DNA of 45,661 nucleotides from Vitrella brassicaformis CCMP3155 (Eukaryota > Protista > Chromerida), in contig CDMY01000596.1 of the NCBI GenBank assembly GCA_001179505.1, positions 1 through 45,661 of the forward strand. Reading direction: 5' to 3'. The translations under genes were made by a program, and so were the position numbers. This document shows, one piece after another, positions 35,506-45,661 of this stretch. The notes beneath the pieces are model-generated. The model was not told where the DNA came from. It saw only the letters and a program-made list of their open reading frames with translations, and did not search any database. Numbering within the stretch: position 1 is the stretch's first letter; each line of letters begins with the position of its first letter.

Positions 35506-38500
35506 TCAGACGGGTGGCTCGGGTGTTGCCTCGTCCTCCAGCGCCTCAATCACTCGGTGCCACACCGACATCAGATGCTCCAGCCCGCCCAAATAACCTA
35601 CACACGCACACGCAGACACGCAGATCAGATGACGTCATTAATCTCAGTCAGTCGTTGACCGCTCACCTTCGTCGAGTCGATCGGTGCCGGCGGCGACGTG
35701 TCCGAAGTCGATCATCCTGACGTCTGCCGACTCGACGGGGCTGTCCGCCGCACCGTCGTACACGTACAGCAGAGACGAACTGTAAAACGACCAGTGACGC
35801 TGACATGACAAGGGAGAGACACAGACACACACAAAGACACAGACAGACAGACGGCCACACAGGTTGTCGGCGTGGGTGGCTCTCGTGGTGTGTGGTCAGC
35901 CCTCGTGGACCTGCACTTTGAAGAAGGCGTCCACTCGGCGCGTGCACTGCATCGTCAGACACAGCACGCCACGCAGAGGGACAATCGCTCCCTCTCTCCG
36001 TTTCAGTCAGTCAGGCCATTGTTCGTTTCCTTGTTACCTCCATCAGTCTCTTTGCGATATCGATGGCTCGCTCGTCGGCCGGGCCGTCGCCACGCAGCCA
36101 ACGTATCATTGCTGCACAATGACAAAAGGCACACACAGAGTCATCGCAAACGCGACAGTGGCTGTCGATTCAATATGGGCCTTCATGGTCACCTCACCTT
36201 GTGTGATCTCGTCCATAGTCTGAATGCGCTTGGCGTCCGGACGGGACAGCTCGACACTCGAGCCGTCACTCCGGTGCGCCTGCACACACACAGAGCAGAG
36301 AGAGGAGACGTGACGTTGGTGTGGATTCGGGGTTCATTCATTCTGGCTGGGCTGATATCTGACCGTGTAGGCCGTGACTGCGATGCCGTATTTGGCGGTG
36401 GTCTGCTCGTTGGCCTTTGCGATCATCTTGTCCCTCTTGGCGTCGCTGGCCTCGTCATCGTACAAGCGGTAGCCCATCTTGATGTCGCACTGGCAGGGCA
36501 CCGACAGACCACCGACCAAGTTGCCCAGCTCTATCAGACACTGAATGACCACACACACACACATACACACACATAGAGAGGGGATTGGATTGCAGACAGC
36601 AGATCGTCTTATTCTCGAAGCGCACATGGTGGCCGTCGCTCACCCGTTTCGGCCTGCCCTCAGTGCCGTTCTCTTCTCGGTCCTCTTCGTCTTCGTCAGT
36701 CTGGACGTGCGAGAGCCCCTTGGGGTTGAGGTCGATGTAGTAGCAGGGCGGGGTGAGCATGACGAGCTGCCTGGCCCAGTCGACCTCCTCCATCCGCAGC
36801 ACCAGCTCCTCAGCACCCTCCGTCCACACACCCTGAACTGCACTCACACACGAGCACAGCACAGCACAGACACACCTGTTGTGTGTGTGTGTGTGTGTGT
36901 GTGGTCGTACCAGTGGGTGCGTTGATTCTGTAGTCAGGTTCGCTTGGGAGGGTGGTGGGGCTGTCGGTGTAGTGGGAGGGGGTGAGGGCCATGCGGTATA
37001 AACCACGGTAAAACTCAGCCTCCTTCGGCAGACACAACTGACGCACACACATAGAGAGAGACATTCGCGCAGTCGTCTCTCTGCGGTGCATACTTCGCCA
37101 GCTGACCTTGACCACTTTGGCGTTGTCCCCTTTCGATTCGTCCCCCTCGTAAACGAAAAACGAGTCCGGATGACCTCCCAACTGAGCCTGCACCACACAA
37201 ACACACATAAAGGGTCACCTCTCCACTACATCCCTTCCTCTCCCTCTCACCATTTGGCTGGCCGTGACAGGCACCAGCTTCCTCTCCCTAATGGTGTCGT
37301 TCATCTCCTCCCCGTCGTTGTTGCCCTCGTCAAGACAAAACGACAGGTCGGCCGCCACATCCTTGGGCGACTCCTCCACAGGCGAAAAAGGCGTGTTGGG
37401 CGGCGGCGGTGGGCCCGGCAGCGGCGAGTTGGACTCGCCAGGCGACGGTGCTTCTGCCCCAGGCGCGAGAGCGACGATGCGGGGCAGCCCGTTGATGTCT
37501 GCAACGAGTGGCTCCGGCCTGGGGGGCGCCTCGCCGCGGCTGGGTCGTGTGGAGCGTCGAGTCCTGGGCGCCGCGGCTGGAGGAGGTGTGGGTGTGGGCT
37601 CGGCCTCGGGCATGGGTGGGGGAGGGGGAAGGGGGACGAGGGGGCTGAACAGCTCGTGCACCTGCTCCAGCTTCTTCACAAGCTGATCAACGGAGAAAAG
37701 GTATCGGCTTTGACTTGAGCAACCCGTGCATGTCCGTGCGTCACCATTGAAGAGTACGACGGGTGTGGGTATCTCCTCATGTCGCCCTCATCCCGCAGCA
37801 CCCGGTGCGCGGGGAAGCCGCCTGATGATCCATGGGTGCAGATGGACACACAACAGATTATTGACATCATCTAAACCACATGGCCGAGCAGAGCACCCTG
37901 TGTGCTGTCTGTGTGTTACCTGTCCATGGTTCTAGCGACGACAGGTGGAATGTCTCTGCTGTGAGTGCGGGGTCTCTACCGATCGGCTTCAGCAACGCCT
38001 TGACGGACGCGATCGACGCCTCAGACAGCATGGACAGATTGTAGCCGCCCTCCAACACTGCAGCACACACACACACACACAGATAGCATCACACGTGTCA
38101 TTCTCTGTCATGAAATGTCATGTGTGGTGTCTGTCTGTGGTTCTCGCCGACCAAGTATGACTTTTCCGTCCGCGTAAATCTCCGCGAGGCGGCACATCTG
38201 CTCCGTCATCCAGCCGAAGAACCCGGGACTCACATGACACTCACCTGCACACACACACACATGGACCCACACCATGCCCAAACCAGCCCAGCCCATCTCT
38301 CGTCCCGCGTATTATATGGCCGATCGCTCACTCACCGAGGGGATCGAGCTCGACAGCGTCCATGCCGTGCGACACGACGAAGAGGTCCGGCTGGAGGTGG
38401 TGGACGAGAGGCACGATGACGTGCTCGAAGATGGCGTACATGTCGGTGTCGTCGTAGAGGTAGTCCAGGGGCACGTTGAGCGTCGCCCCAAACCCCTCGC

Positions 38501-38727
38501 CCTCGCCCATCTCGTCCATGTCGCCCGTATTCTGATCAGGCAGGCAGACAGGCAGACGGACAGACGAAGGGATTCCCATTTATGCAGATCTGCCCGTGGT
38601 AACGGTGGGTTGCTGTGTTGGTCGTCTGGCTTGGGCTTGGCTTACGGGGTAGAAAAAGGAGTATCGGTGTGTGGAGCAGTAGAACACGTCGGGGTCGGTC
38701 CAGAAGATGTTCTGGGTGCCGTTGCCT

Positions 38728-38760
<33 letters not shown>

Positions 38761-40104
38761 GGCATACACTTGACCTGCCATCCGTAGCGGGTGTCTCTCT
38801 CTCGGCAGTGAGTACCGTGGTGCACGTCCCAGTCGAGTATGAGGACCTTCCGAGCGCCGTGTTTGGTGCGAGCATACTGCGCACCAATGGCGGCATTGTT
38901 GAAGAGGCAGAATCCCTCAGCCTGATTGGCACTCGCGTGGTGACCTGAGATGAGACCCCACACACCGCACGACACACGGATGAATACATTTGGGCCAACA
39001 CAAACAAAGAGTGTCGTCAGTTGGTACCAGGGGGTCGCATGACGACGTAGCCCTTGGAGATGGGCGACGACTGATCGTACACCTGACACACACGTGGAAA
39101 ACAGAAGGGAGGGAGAGATAGAAGGATGTATACGTCTGCGAGATGAGAGCAGTGTGTCCAAGTAAGTCATCTCACCTCATCGCAGAGCGTCAGGACCGCC
39201 CCAGCCGCCCGCAACGCCGCCTCGGGGGTGTACTTGCACACAAACGTATCCGCCCTGATATAGGCACACACACACACAGGTAGGGGCGGCAGAAGAGCAT
39301 GCAGATGCATGTGAGAAATTTCGGCGGTCTCTGTCAGTCAGCATACCCGAATGGGTATATCCACGGCTTCTTCTTAGGCATCACCACAAAGTTCTGAAAG
39401 CACCACAGAGAGCACAGGGAAGGCTAAAGCGGCATAACAGCCTCGCTGACGCGCCGTACATGTGATCGACCCACCTCTTCTTCGTCGACCAGATCTTCCT
39501 CGGTCGCCTCCTCAGCTGCCGATGCTGAGGGCTCCTTCGCCTCCCCCTCTCCCTCTCCCTCCCCCTCCTTCTCCTGGAACAGCCCCAGCACTCGGTCCAC
39601 ATGGCGCTCGGTGTGGCACAACATCACATCTTCCTTCGTCGCACACCTGAACAGACAGACATACACCAACCGCAGCACAAGACACACGGACGACAGGCAG
39701 ATCATGCGCTTGACGACTGGCTGGCTGGCTCGCCTCTCCCCTTCGCTGTCTACCTGGGCGTGAGCTGCGTGGTACGGCTGAGGAGGCCGCTCTCTTCCAG
39801 GCCGTTCATGATGGCCTGCACACGGGAGGGACTCTCCACATGAGGCGGACCTGCGTGACACACACCACACGAAGACCCAAAACCATGCGCTTCAGATCTC
39901 TCGTGTGTGTCCGCCGCGCCCCCCTTTCTTGCCTGCGTGCTTGAGAACGAACGGGTCGTACACCACGGCAACCGACGGCCTCGCCGCTCTCCCCGCCTCC
40001 ACGGGTGACGCGCCGGATCTCTCGTCTGACGTGCTCATCGCCTTGAGTCTGTCCGCCAGAGAGGCAGCCAGCTGTTCACCCTCAGCAGGCTCTGTGGACG
40101 CCAT
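35506..40104 (-). CDS. HDA2: Class II histone deacetylase fused to a C-terminal inositol polyphosphate kinase (IPK/IPMK) domain; Plasmodium Hda2-like
   Basis: ATG at 40104. HDAC motifs: [75 protein letters not shown]. Pro-rich linker. IPK motifs: [19 protein letters not shown] (PxxxDxKxG), [26 protein letters not shown]. Continuous in-frame splicing to the stop at 35506-35508. Confidence 0.9.
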
Positions 40105-40575
40105 CGTGAGCGAGATGAATGAATGCCAACAGATCCGAGCACTTCGGGGTTTTTTCTTTCCAATCCGACTGACGGACCTCTCAACACCCAACAGAGTGCT
40201 ACAGGCCGCGAGTGCTTTCGCCACACTTCGCAAACTTTTCGAGCTCGCAGATCGGTGGCGACGTGGAGAGGAGGCGAGCGCAGGCACCCGTGTGCAGCAT
40301 TGAGGGGCGACCGAGGCCCCCCTTTGTGCCTGCTGCGCCTCAAATCGATGGGTCGAATGACAGACTTCGTCGCGTCCCGTCCGTCCTGAGGTACTTGAAG
40401 GCAGAGAGAAGGCGAGTTCGCCATCGGTGGCGCCCTCATTGCTGTGTGTGTGTTTGTGTGTCAGGGAGGGCCGTGAGCATCGGTCAATTAGCCTCCTCAG
40501 AGCGAGAGGGCCTCGATTGGAGTTCTCATCGGAGCAGACAGAGGCCAAGCCGCTGCATCAGATCTACATCTAGCC

Positions 40576-42723
40576 ATGGAGGGCGATAGACAGGTGAGAC
40601 GCATCAGACCACTGGTTGCAATGGATGGCGCATTTCACCACCCGGGGGTCGGCTGTGTTTGTGCGATGGGTGTATGTTTGCAGGTCAAGAGGACTCGTCG
40701 TGGTGATGATGCACCGGCTGCTGCTGCGACTTCGTCTGCATCTTCATCGGCCGCTGCTGCATCTGGTGGTGGTGGTGGCAGTGAGAGTGGCGGGGAGCGG
40801 CAGCGGCGGGCTGAGAGGGAAAGAGCCTTGTGTGAGAAGATCAGCGGCACGGTGAGCCAGCCACACACACTAAGGCGATTCCGGCTGTATCTGTGAATGG
40901 CTGCGTGTGTTTCAGGAGGGGCTTCTTAGCTACATGATGGCCTTGCTGCCCATCCACCTGATGGTGCAGCTGGCCAAGTCCATCTGGCAGCACGCCGCAC
41001 CCCACCTCTCGGACGTCACCATCAGCTCGGCAACCAAGGAGGAGCGGTCCTTTTGGCAGCACGTCCATCTCGCCTTCGTCACCCAGCTGGCCGCCCGACT
41101 CAGGCGCCTCACAACCATCACACTCCGATACCCCATCGGCGCTGCTGACTGGTGTTTCGACGTCTTTGTGGCCATCATCGAGGGCCACATCGCTGGCCGA
41201 CGGGCAGCCAATCTGGGCCGCGGGACTCTGCAGACCATCACCATGCAAGGTGTTCGGCTGACCCGCCCCTCTCGAGACCATCGAGGGTCTGCACCGCGAC
41301 CATCGGCAGTTGGCCAGCCGACGCTGGCTGATCCCCTCCCTCACCACCGCGCAGCAACGGGGTTGGGACGCCGGCAGCCTGGGCCAGTTCATCAGCTCCT
41401 CCCGCTCCCTGCGGCGTGTGGACGGCAGCTTTGGGGGTGAGGACTGGGCGGGTGTGTTTGAGGGCATCCCTGCGGCACCTGCTGGGCAGCAGGGGGGGCC
41501 ACTCGCCCAGCTGGAGAGCATCGGCACCATCGAGATCGATGACAATGAGGCGGCGGGCATAGATCGGCTTCAGGTGACAACAACGCACAGGACAGCAGGG
41601 TCTTGGGGCTGGTTCATGATCACTCATATTGGTGTGTTGGTGCCTTCAGGAAGTGCTCGTTGCGCGTGGCTGCCGACGGTCACTCACACAGCTGCATGTC
41701 GACTTTGCTGCGCATTTGCGCATTGGTGACATTAACGTCATCGGCCGCCGCACCCTGCCCGTCCTGCTGGCCCTAGACCGGCTGCTCACCACCTGCTGCC
41801 GACCAGACGCCCCTCTCACGCTCACCACCACCAGCTGTCTCGAATTCGACCTCTCCATCTTCTACCACAACGCCTTCCCCACCCACCCCTCACCCTCATT
41901 CAAGACCATGACGCAGCAGCTGGCCCGGCAGGCCACATCGGTGGAGTACCTCTTCACCCAGGACGGCCTCACCGACCCACACACCGACCCGAGCCAATCG
42001 GCCATCGACATTGCGTCGACACTCTCATTCGACGAGGCCACGGATGTGAGGGTCGAGAATGCCCGTGGCTTCCACCCCCCGGCCAACATTCCCTCGCCCC
42101 ACCCCACCATCATCACCCACCTCAAGCCATTCCCGAAAGCCTCACGGCTGCATGTCTGGAGCGACTTTGGTGGTGCTGCGGGCCAGCTGATGGCCGCCAA
42201 GATGCCCGAGGAGGTGCGGGTGGTGAGCGTGTTGGGTGGTGTCGAGAGGGTGGGCGTGTTGACGGCGCTGGGGAGGGAGAGGGAGGTGAGTGAGGTGGAG
42301 ATGGGGAAGGTCGACGTCGACCAATTAGACCAACTGCTGCTGGGGGCGGCCGATAGCTTGCCTACCATCTCGGGACTACATTTCGCCATGACACGTACGC
42401 CGAGAGAGGATGGAAGCATGTCGTTATGCCCTCATTTCTGCCTCGTGTGTGTTCCCTCCCCTTCAGTGCCCGCTGATGTGAATGAAGCGGGCAGCTTTGT
42501 CCGCGCCCGCCTCTCGTCGGTCATCCCGCACATCAGGGGCCTTCAGGGCGTCACACTGCGTGTCCAAAAGACGACAGCTGAGCAGCATGATTCCATCCTC
42601 GCTTCCCTCCCTGTGGGCGCCAACGTCGGGGGCTTCAGCGTCCGAAGCACCTTCGGGTCGGCAGGCGTATGGACGAGAATTGCTGCAGTTCGGACGCCTG
42701 AGGCAGACGGGCTGGTTGTCTGA
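40576..42723 (+). CDS. Lineage-specific (Vitrella-type expanded family) hypothetical protein with an apparent frameshift near 41262; possible pseudogene
   Basis: Exons MEGDRQ|VKRTRR..KISGT|EGLLSYMMALLP..TITMQGVRLT. The coding-like sequence then continues in another frame (LETIEGLHRDH..GQFISSSRSL..LESIG..IDRLQ|EVLVARGCRRSLTQL..GLVV*). Family assignment is from memory of such repeat-family genes, not a search. Confidence 0.55.
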
Positions 42724-44385
42724 CCTCTGTGCGTGTTGGTGGTGGTGTCTGTCAGGCCGCCCATTGTGTGTGGTGGATTATTCGTAGCAGACGGGCAGTG
42801 GGGCCATTCTTAGCCGACGACACTTATGTGCTGCATGGCATAGCTGCGGGCCGTGTGTGTGTATGACTGACTGGGTAGTGTACAGATTGACGGACGGACG
42901 GACGGGGGCTGGCTGATGCGGGCGTGAGACTTAGCACATCACACATACACACACTACTGTCGCGTGTGGTGGTGCTGCATCGACTGACTGACTGACTCAC
43001 TCACTCACTTGTCTGTCTGTCTGTCTGCCTGGCTGCCTCCTGGCCTGCCTGTTTGTATCGATCGCTCCTTGCTGCTGTCTGGCCTCTTCCTCTCCTCCCT
43101 TCCTCAGTTCAGTGGCCGGGAGGAGTGGATGGACAGCAGCAGCACAGGGGAGATGGGCAAGCGCGGCAAGGCAAGGCACACACACGGTGGGTAGGCAGAT
43201 TCAAGTGTCAGGGCTGAAAGAGGATAGACAGCAGACGGGAGGGGCCCACACAAGGCGACGTGTCTGCCGATACCCTTGGTGAGTCCAGACAGACAGACAG
43301 ACAGGGTGGACGTCTTCGATGGCTGGGCGTGTTGCCTTTCATTATTCGTCTGATGGACGGCTGTGTGGGATGTGTGTGTGCGCGATGAGAGAACACCCAC
43401 ATATGGGAGCCACAATTGACAGCACAGCTCATTCAATGCAGTCCACTCACACTCCACTCACACTCACACGAGCCTCCATTCACGCTGAGAGCCGAGGTGC
43501 TGCATATCCGGCTGTGTGTCTTCACAGAGCCACTCACCCACCCACCCACCCACCCATCCATCTACACGCTGCCCCGACGCCATTGCACTGCACATGCGGA
43601 TGTGTTTGTGTGTGCGTGTGGGTCAGCCGTGGAGCCGACATGCGCACAGCACACACCAAAAAACGATCAACGCAATCGGCGGACGTACGGACGGACGGAC
43701 GGACGGTGTGTGTTTGTGTGAGTGTAAAGACATGGAAGACGCTGATATAAACACACACCACATTCAACATACCTGCGTATCGGTCTTTGCGCTCTATGCC
43801 CGCCGCCGTAGCACCCGCCCGCCACTCAGCCACCAATCATGACACCACTGCCCAGCCCAGCCTGACACACACATCGAGTGACTCCAGGGCAGGCAGACAC
43901 ATAGGGAAGTGTGTGTGTTTCAAATTAAGTGGAGTCTGTTTAGAAAACAACGGCGGCGATATTTTGCTGACTTGATGACTCAATTATAGTCTTGATTTCG
44001 CTCTTGCTGTTGGTCCCATATAGTCTTATGATTGGCTGCCCTGTCTGTGTGGATCTGTGGATGCGTGGATGTGTGGGTGACAGGACGTTTCTTTTGGCCC
44101 TGAGAGAGACTGACTCAAGTGGCGCCAGAATGGCTGATAAATCAACTGATGGACAAGACCAAGACCGGGTTTCACTCTATAAATCATTCCACCAAGTAAT
44201 CTGTGTCGAAAGCAAGTCACTTGTATCGGAAAAAGTATAGTATTCAAGCAAATCTACTCCCACACACATGCAGAAAGACTCAACTCAAAGTGACGACAGA
44301 CAGCCTCATACGTGATCCATCCAGACGACCCACACACGAAGAGAATCCAAGAGAATCCCTCTCTCCACTATCCCCATTTCCACCC

Positions 44386-45500
44386 TTAGACTGTCACTCT
44401 CCCGCCGTCGATGACCTCTTTCTCGAGCCCGAACCGCCCCAGCACACGACGGAAAAGGCCCATCGATGTGGGCAGACGCTCGTCCAGAGGACACGATGCC
44501 GACGCCGCACATCGCTCGGTGGTGTAGAGCTTCAGGTTCCCGCAGTACAGCTTCATGTAAGCCGCAATGGTGTCGTCAGGACGAAAGCCGCTCACCATCA
44601 CCACACGTTGGTATGTGACCGACCCGCTGTCGTGAAGCCGGCAGCCCACTGCGAAGACATCCTGGCCAGTCAGCCCATCACTCATCAGCGAGAGGTAGCG
44701 ATCGTCGCTGACATCAACGCGTCCCCTGAGCACCATTCTGTGTTCCAAACAGTCGCATGCAGCCAAGCGACGGACCAGCCTCCATACCAGAGCCGCCGAG
44801 AGAGAGGGAAAGAGATAGAAACGGGTGTCATCCATGCGGAGGTGGACAGCGGGATCGTGTCGGTTGTAGCCCACCTCATACGGATCATCACGCTGCAACC
44901 GATAATCATCATCATGCTGCACCCGATCACCTCCACCCATGCCTTCTCCTTTCGCCGGTGGCAGTATCTCTCTGCTCAAGCTCAGTCGACGTCTGATCAA
45001 AGAGAAGGACACGACCTCCATCAGAGACAGGTCCTCGGCGGCCGGCTTCGTGCGCAGATGAGCGGCCATCCACCGGGCCGAGACCACTAATGGCACTGCC
45101 TCAGGAGCCATCAGCCGGTAGATGACGGCCAGTCTGAGGAACACAGCGATGTTCCGCCAGCCGCTGCCGCCCTGCTCGAGCATGAGAGCGCAAACAGATA
45201 GCTGAAGCGCCTCGGAGGGCTGTCGCGAGCCCACGGCATCACCAGTCGGCAGACGAAGACGACAAGGCCGTCCGGAAGGCAACCACCAAGGCCACCCACT
45301 CCGTAGCTGCGGTCGACGTCGATAAGGCCATGGAGGGAGTTGCGGGTCAGAGAGGCGTCAATGCGGCCCAGCAGTAGATCAGCCGTGACGACGGAAGTAG
45401 AGAAGACAGGGGAAGTGGTCCGCAGCGCCGCCAGACCAGCCACCGGAAGGTAGGGAGTCACGCTTTGGCGCCATAGCTCCAGGGGCACCAGATCTGCCAT
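44386..45500 (-). CDS. Lineage-specific hypothetical protein with an F-box-like N-terminus; frame discontinuity near 45190-45290
   Basis: ATG at 45500 (MADLVPLELWRQSVTPYLPVAGLAALRTTS, F-box-like). An overlapping second frame, LEQGGSGWRNIAVFLRLAVIYRL...GFRPDDTIAAY..LYTTE, runs to the stop at 44386. The two join either through an ~80-nt intron or a 1-nt frameshift. Confidence 0.55.
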
Positions 45501-45661
45501 CAGACGTCCCTTTTCTCCTTGCTCAGCTGCGCTTGGTTGGTTGGTTAAGGGTTTGACGAGACACCTGTCCCTAAGCCCGGCGCTACCTTCCGGCGCAACC
45601 AGGCATCTTCTCTGTCCACAGCACACACCAAACAGGCAACAGGCACATGCAGAATGCATGC

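Noticed and set aside
43900-44300. More AT-rich segment as a possible transposon remnant
   Set aside because: I saw no terminal repeats, target-site duplication or transposase/RT motifs; it may simply be UTR or intergenic DNA.

Overview
Eukaryotic, GC-rich, intron-dense genomic DNA with short, microsatellite-rich introns. It most resembles a chromerid alveolate such as Vitrella brassicaformis; this is inferred from intron style, the alveolate-type HDAC-IPK fusion and two lineage-specific family genes. I spliced gene models by hand from GT/GC-AG boundaries and conserved motifs. Spans include introns, and some internal junctions are approximate. Gene order: PIG-L (+), HROB/MCM8IP-like OB-fold (-), mitochondrial NFU1 (+), a 6.6-kb receptor-like gene (-), RNA polymerase I subunit RPA2 (+), a claudin-like 4-TM protein (-), DENND6 (+), a 300-N gap, an ankyrin-repeat protein (-), a class II HDAC fused to an inositol-polyphosphate kinase (Hda2-like, -), and two lineage-specific family genes, both with a frame discontinuity. 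The most striking item is the 8970-15574 gene. It encodes a predicted type-I membrane protein with a signal peptide, a kringle-like module, two furin-like repeats, an intact clostripain (C11) protease, an LNR repeat, four EGF modules, a SEA-like juxtamembrane domain, a TM helix and a cytoplasmic tail with 2-3 ubiquitin-interacting motifs. No tRNA, rRNA, CRISPR array or recognisable transposon was seen.
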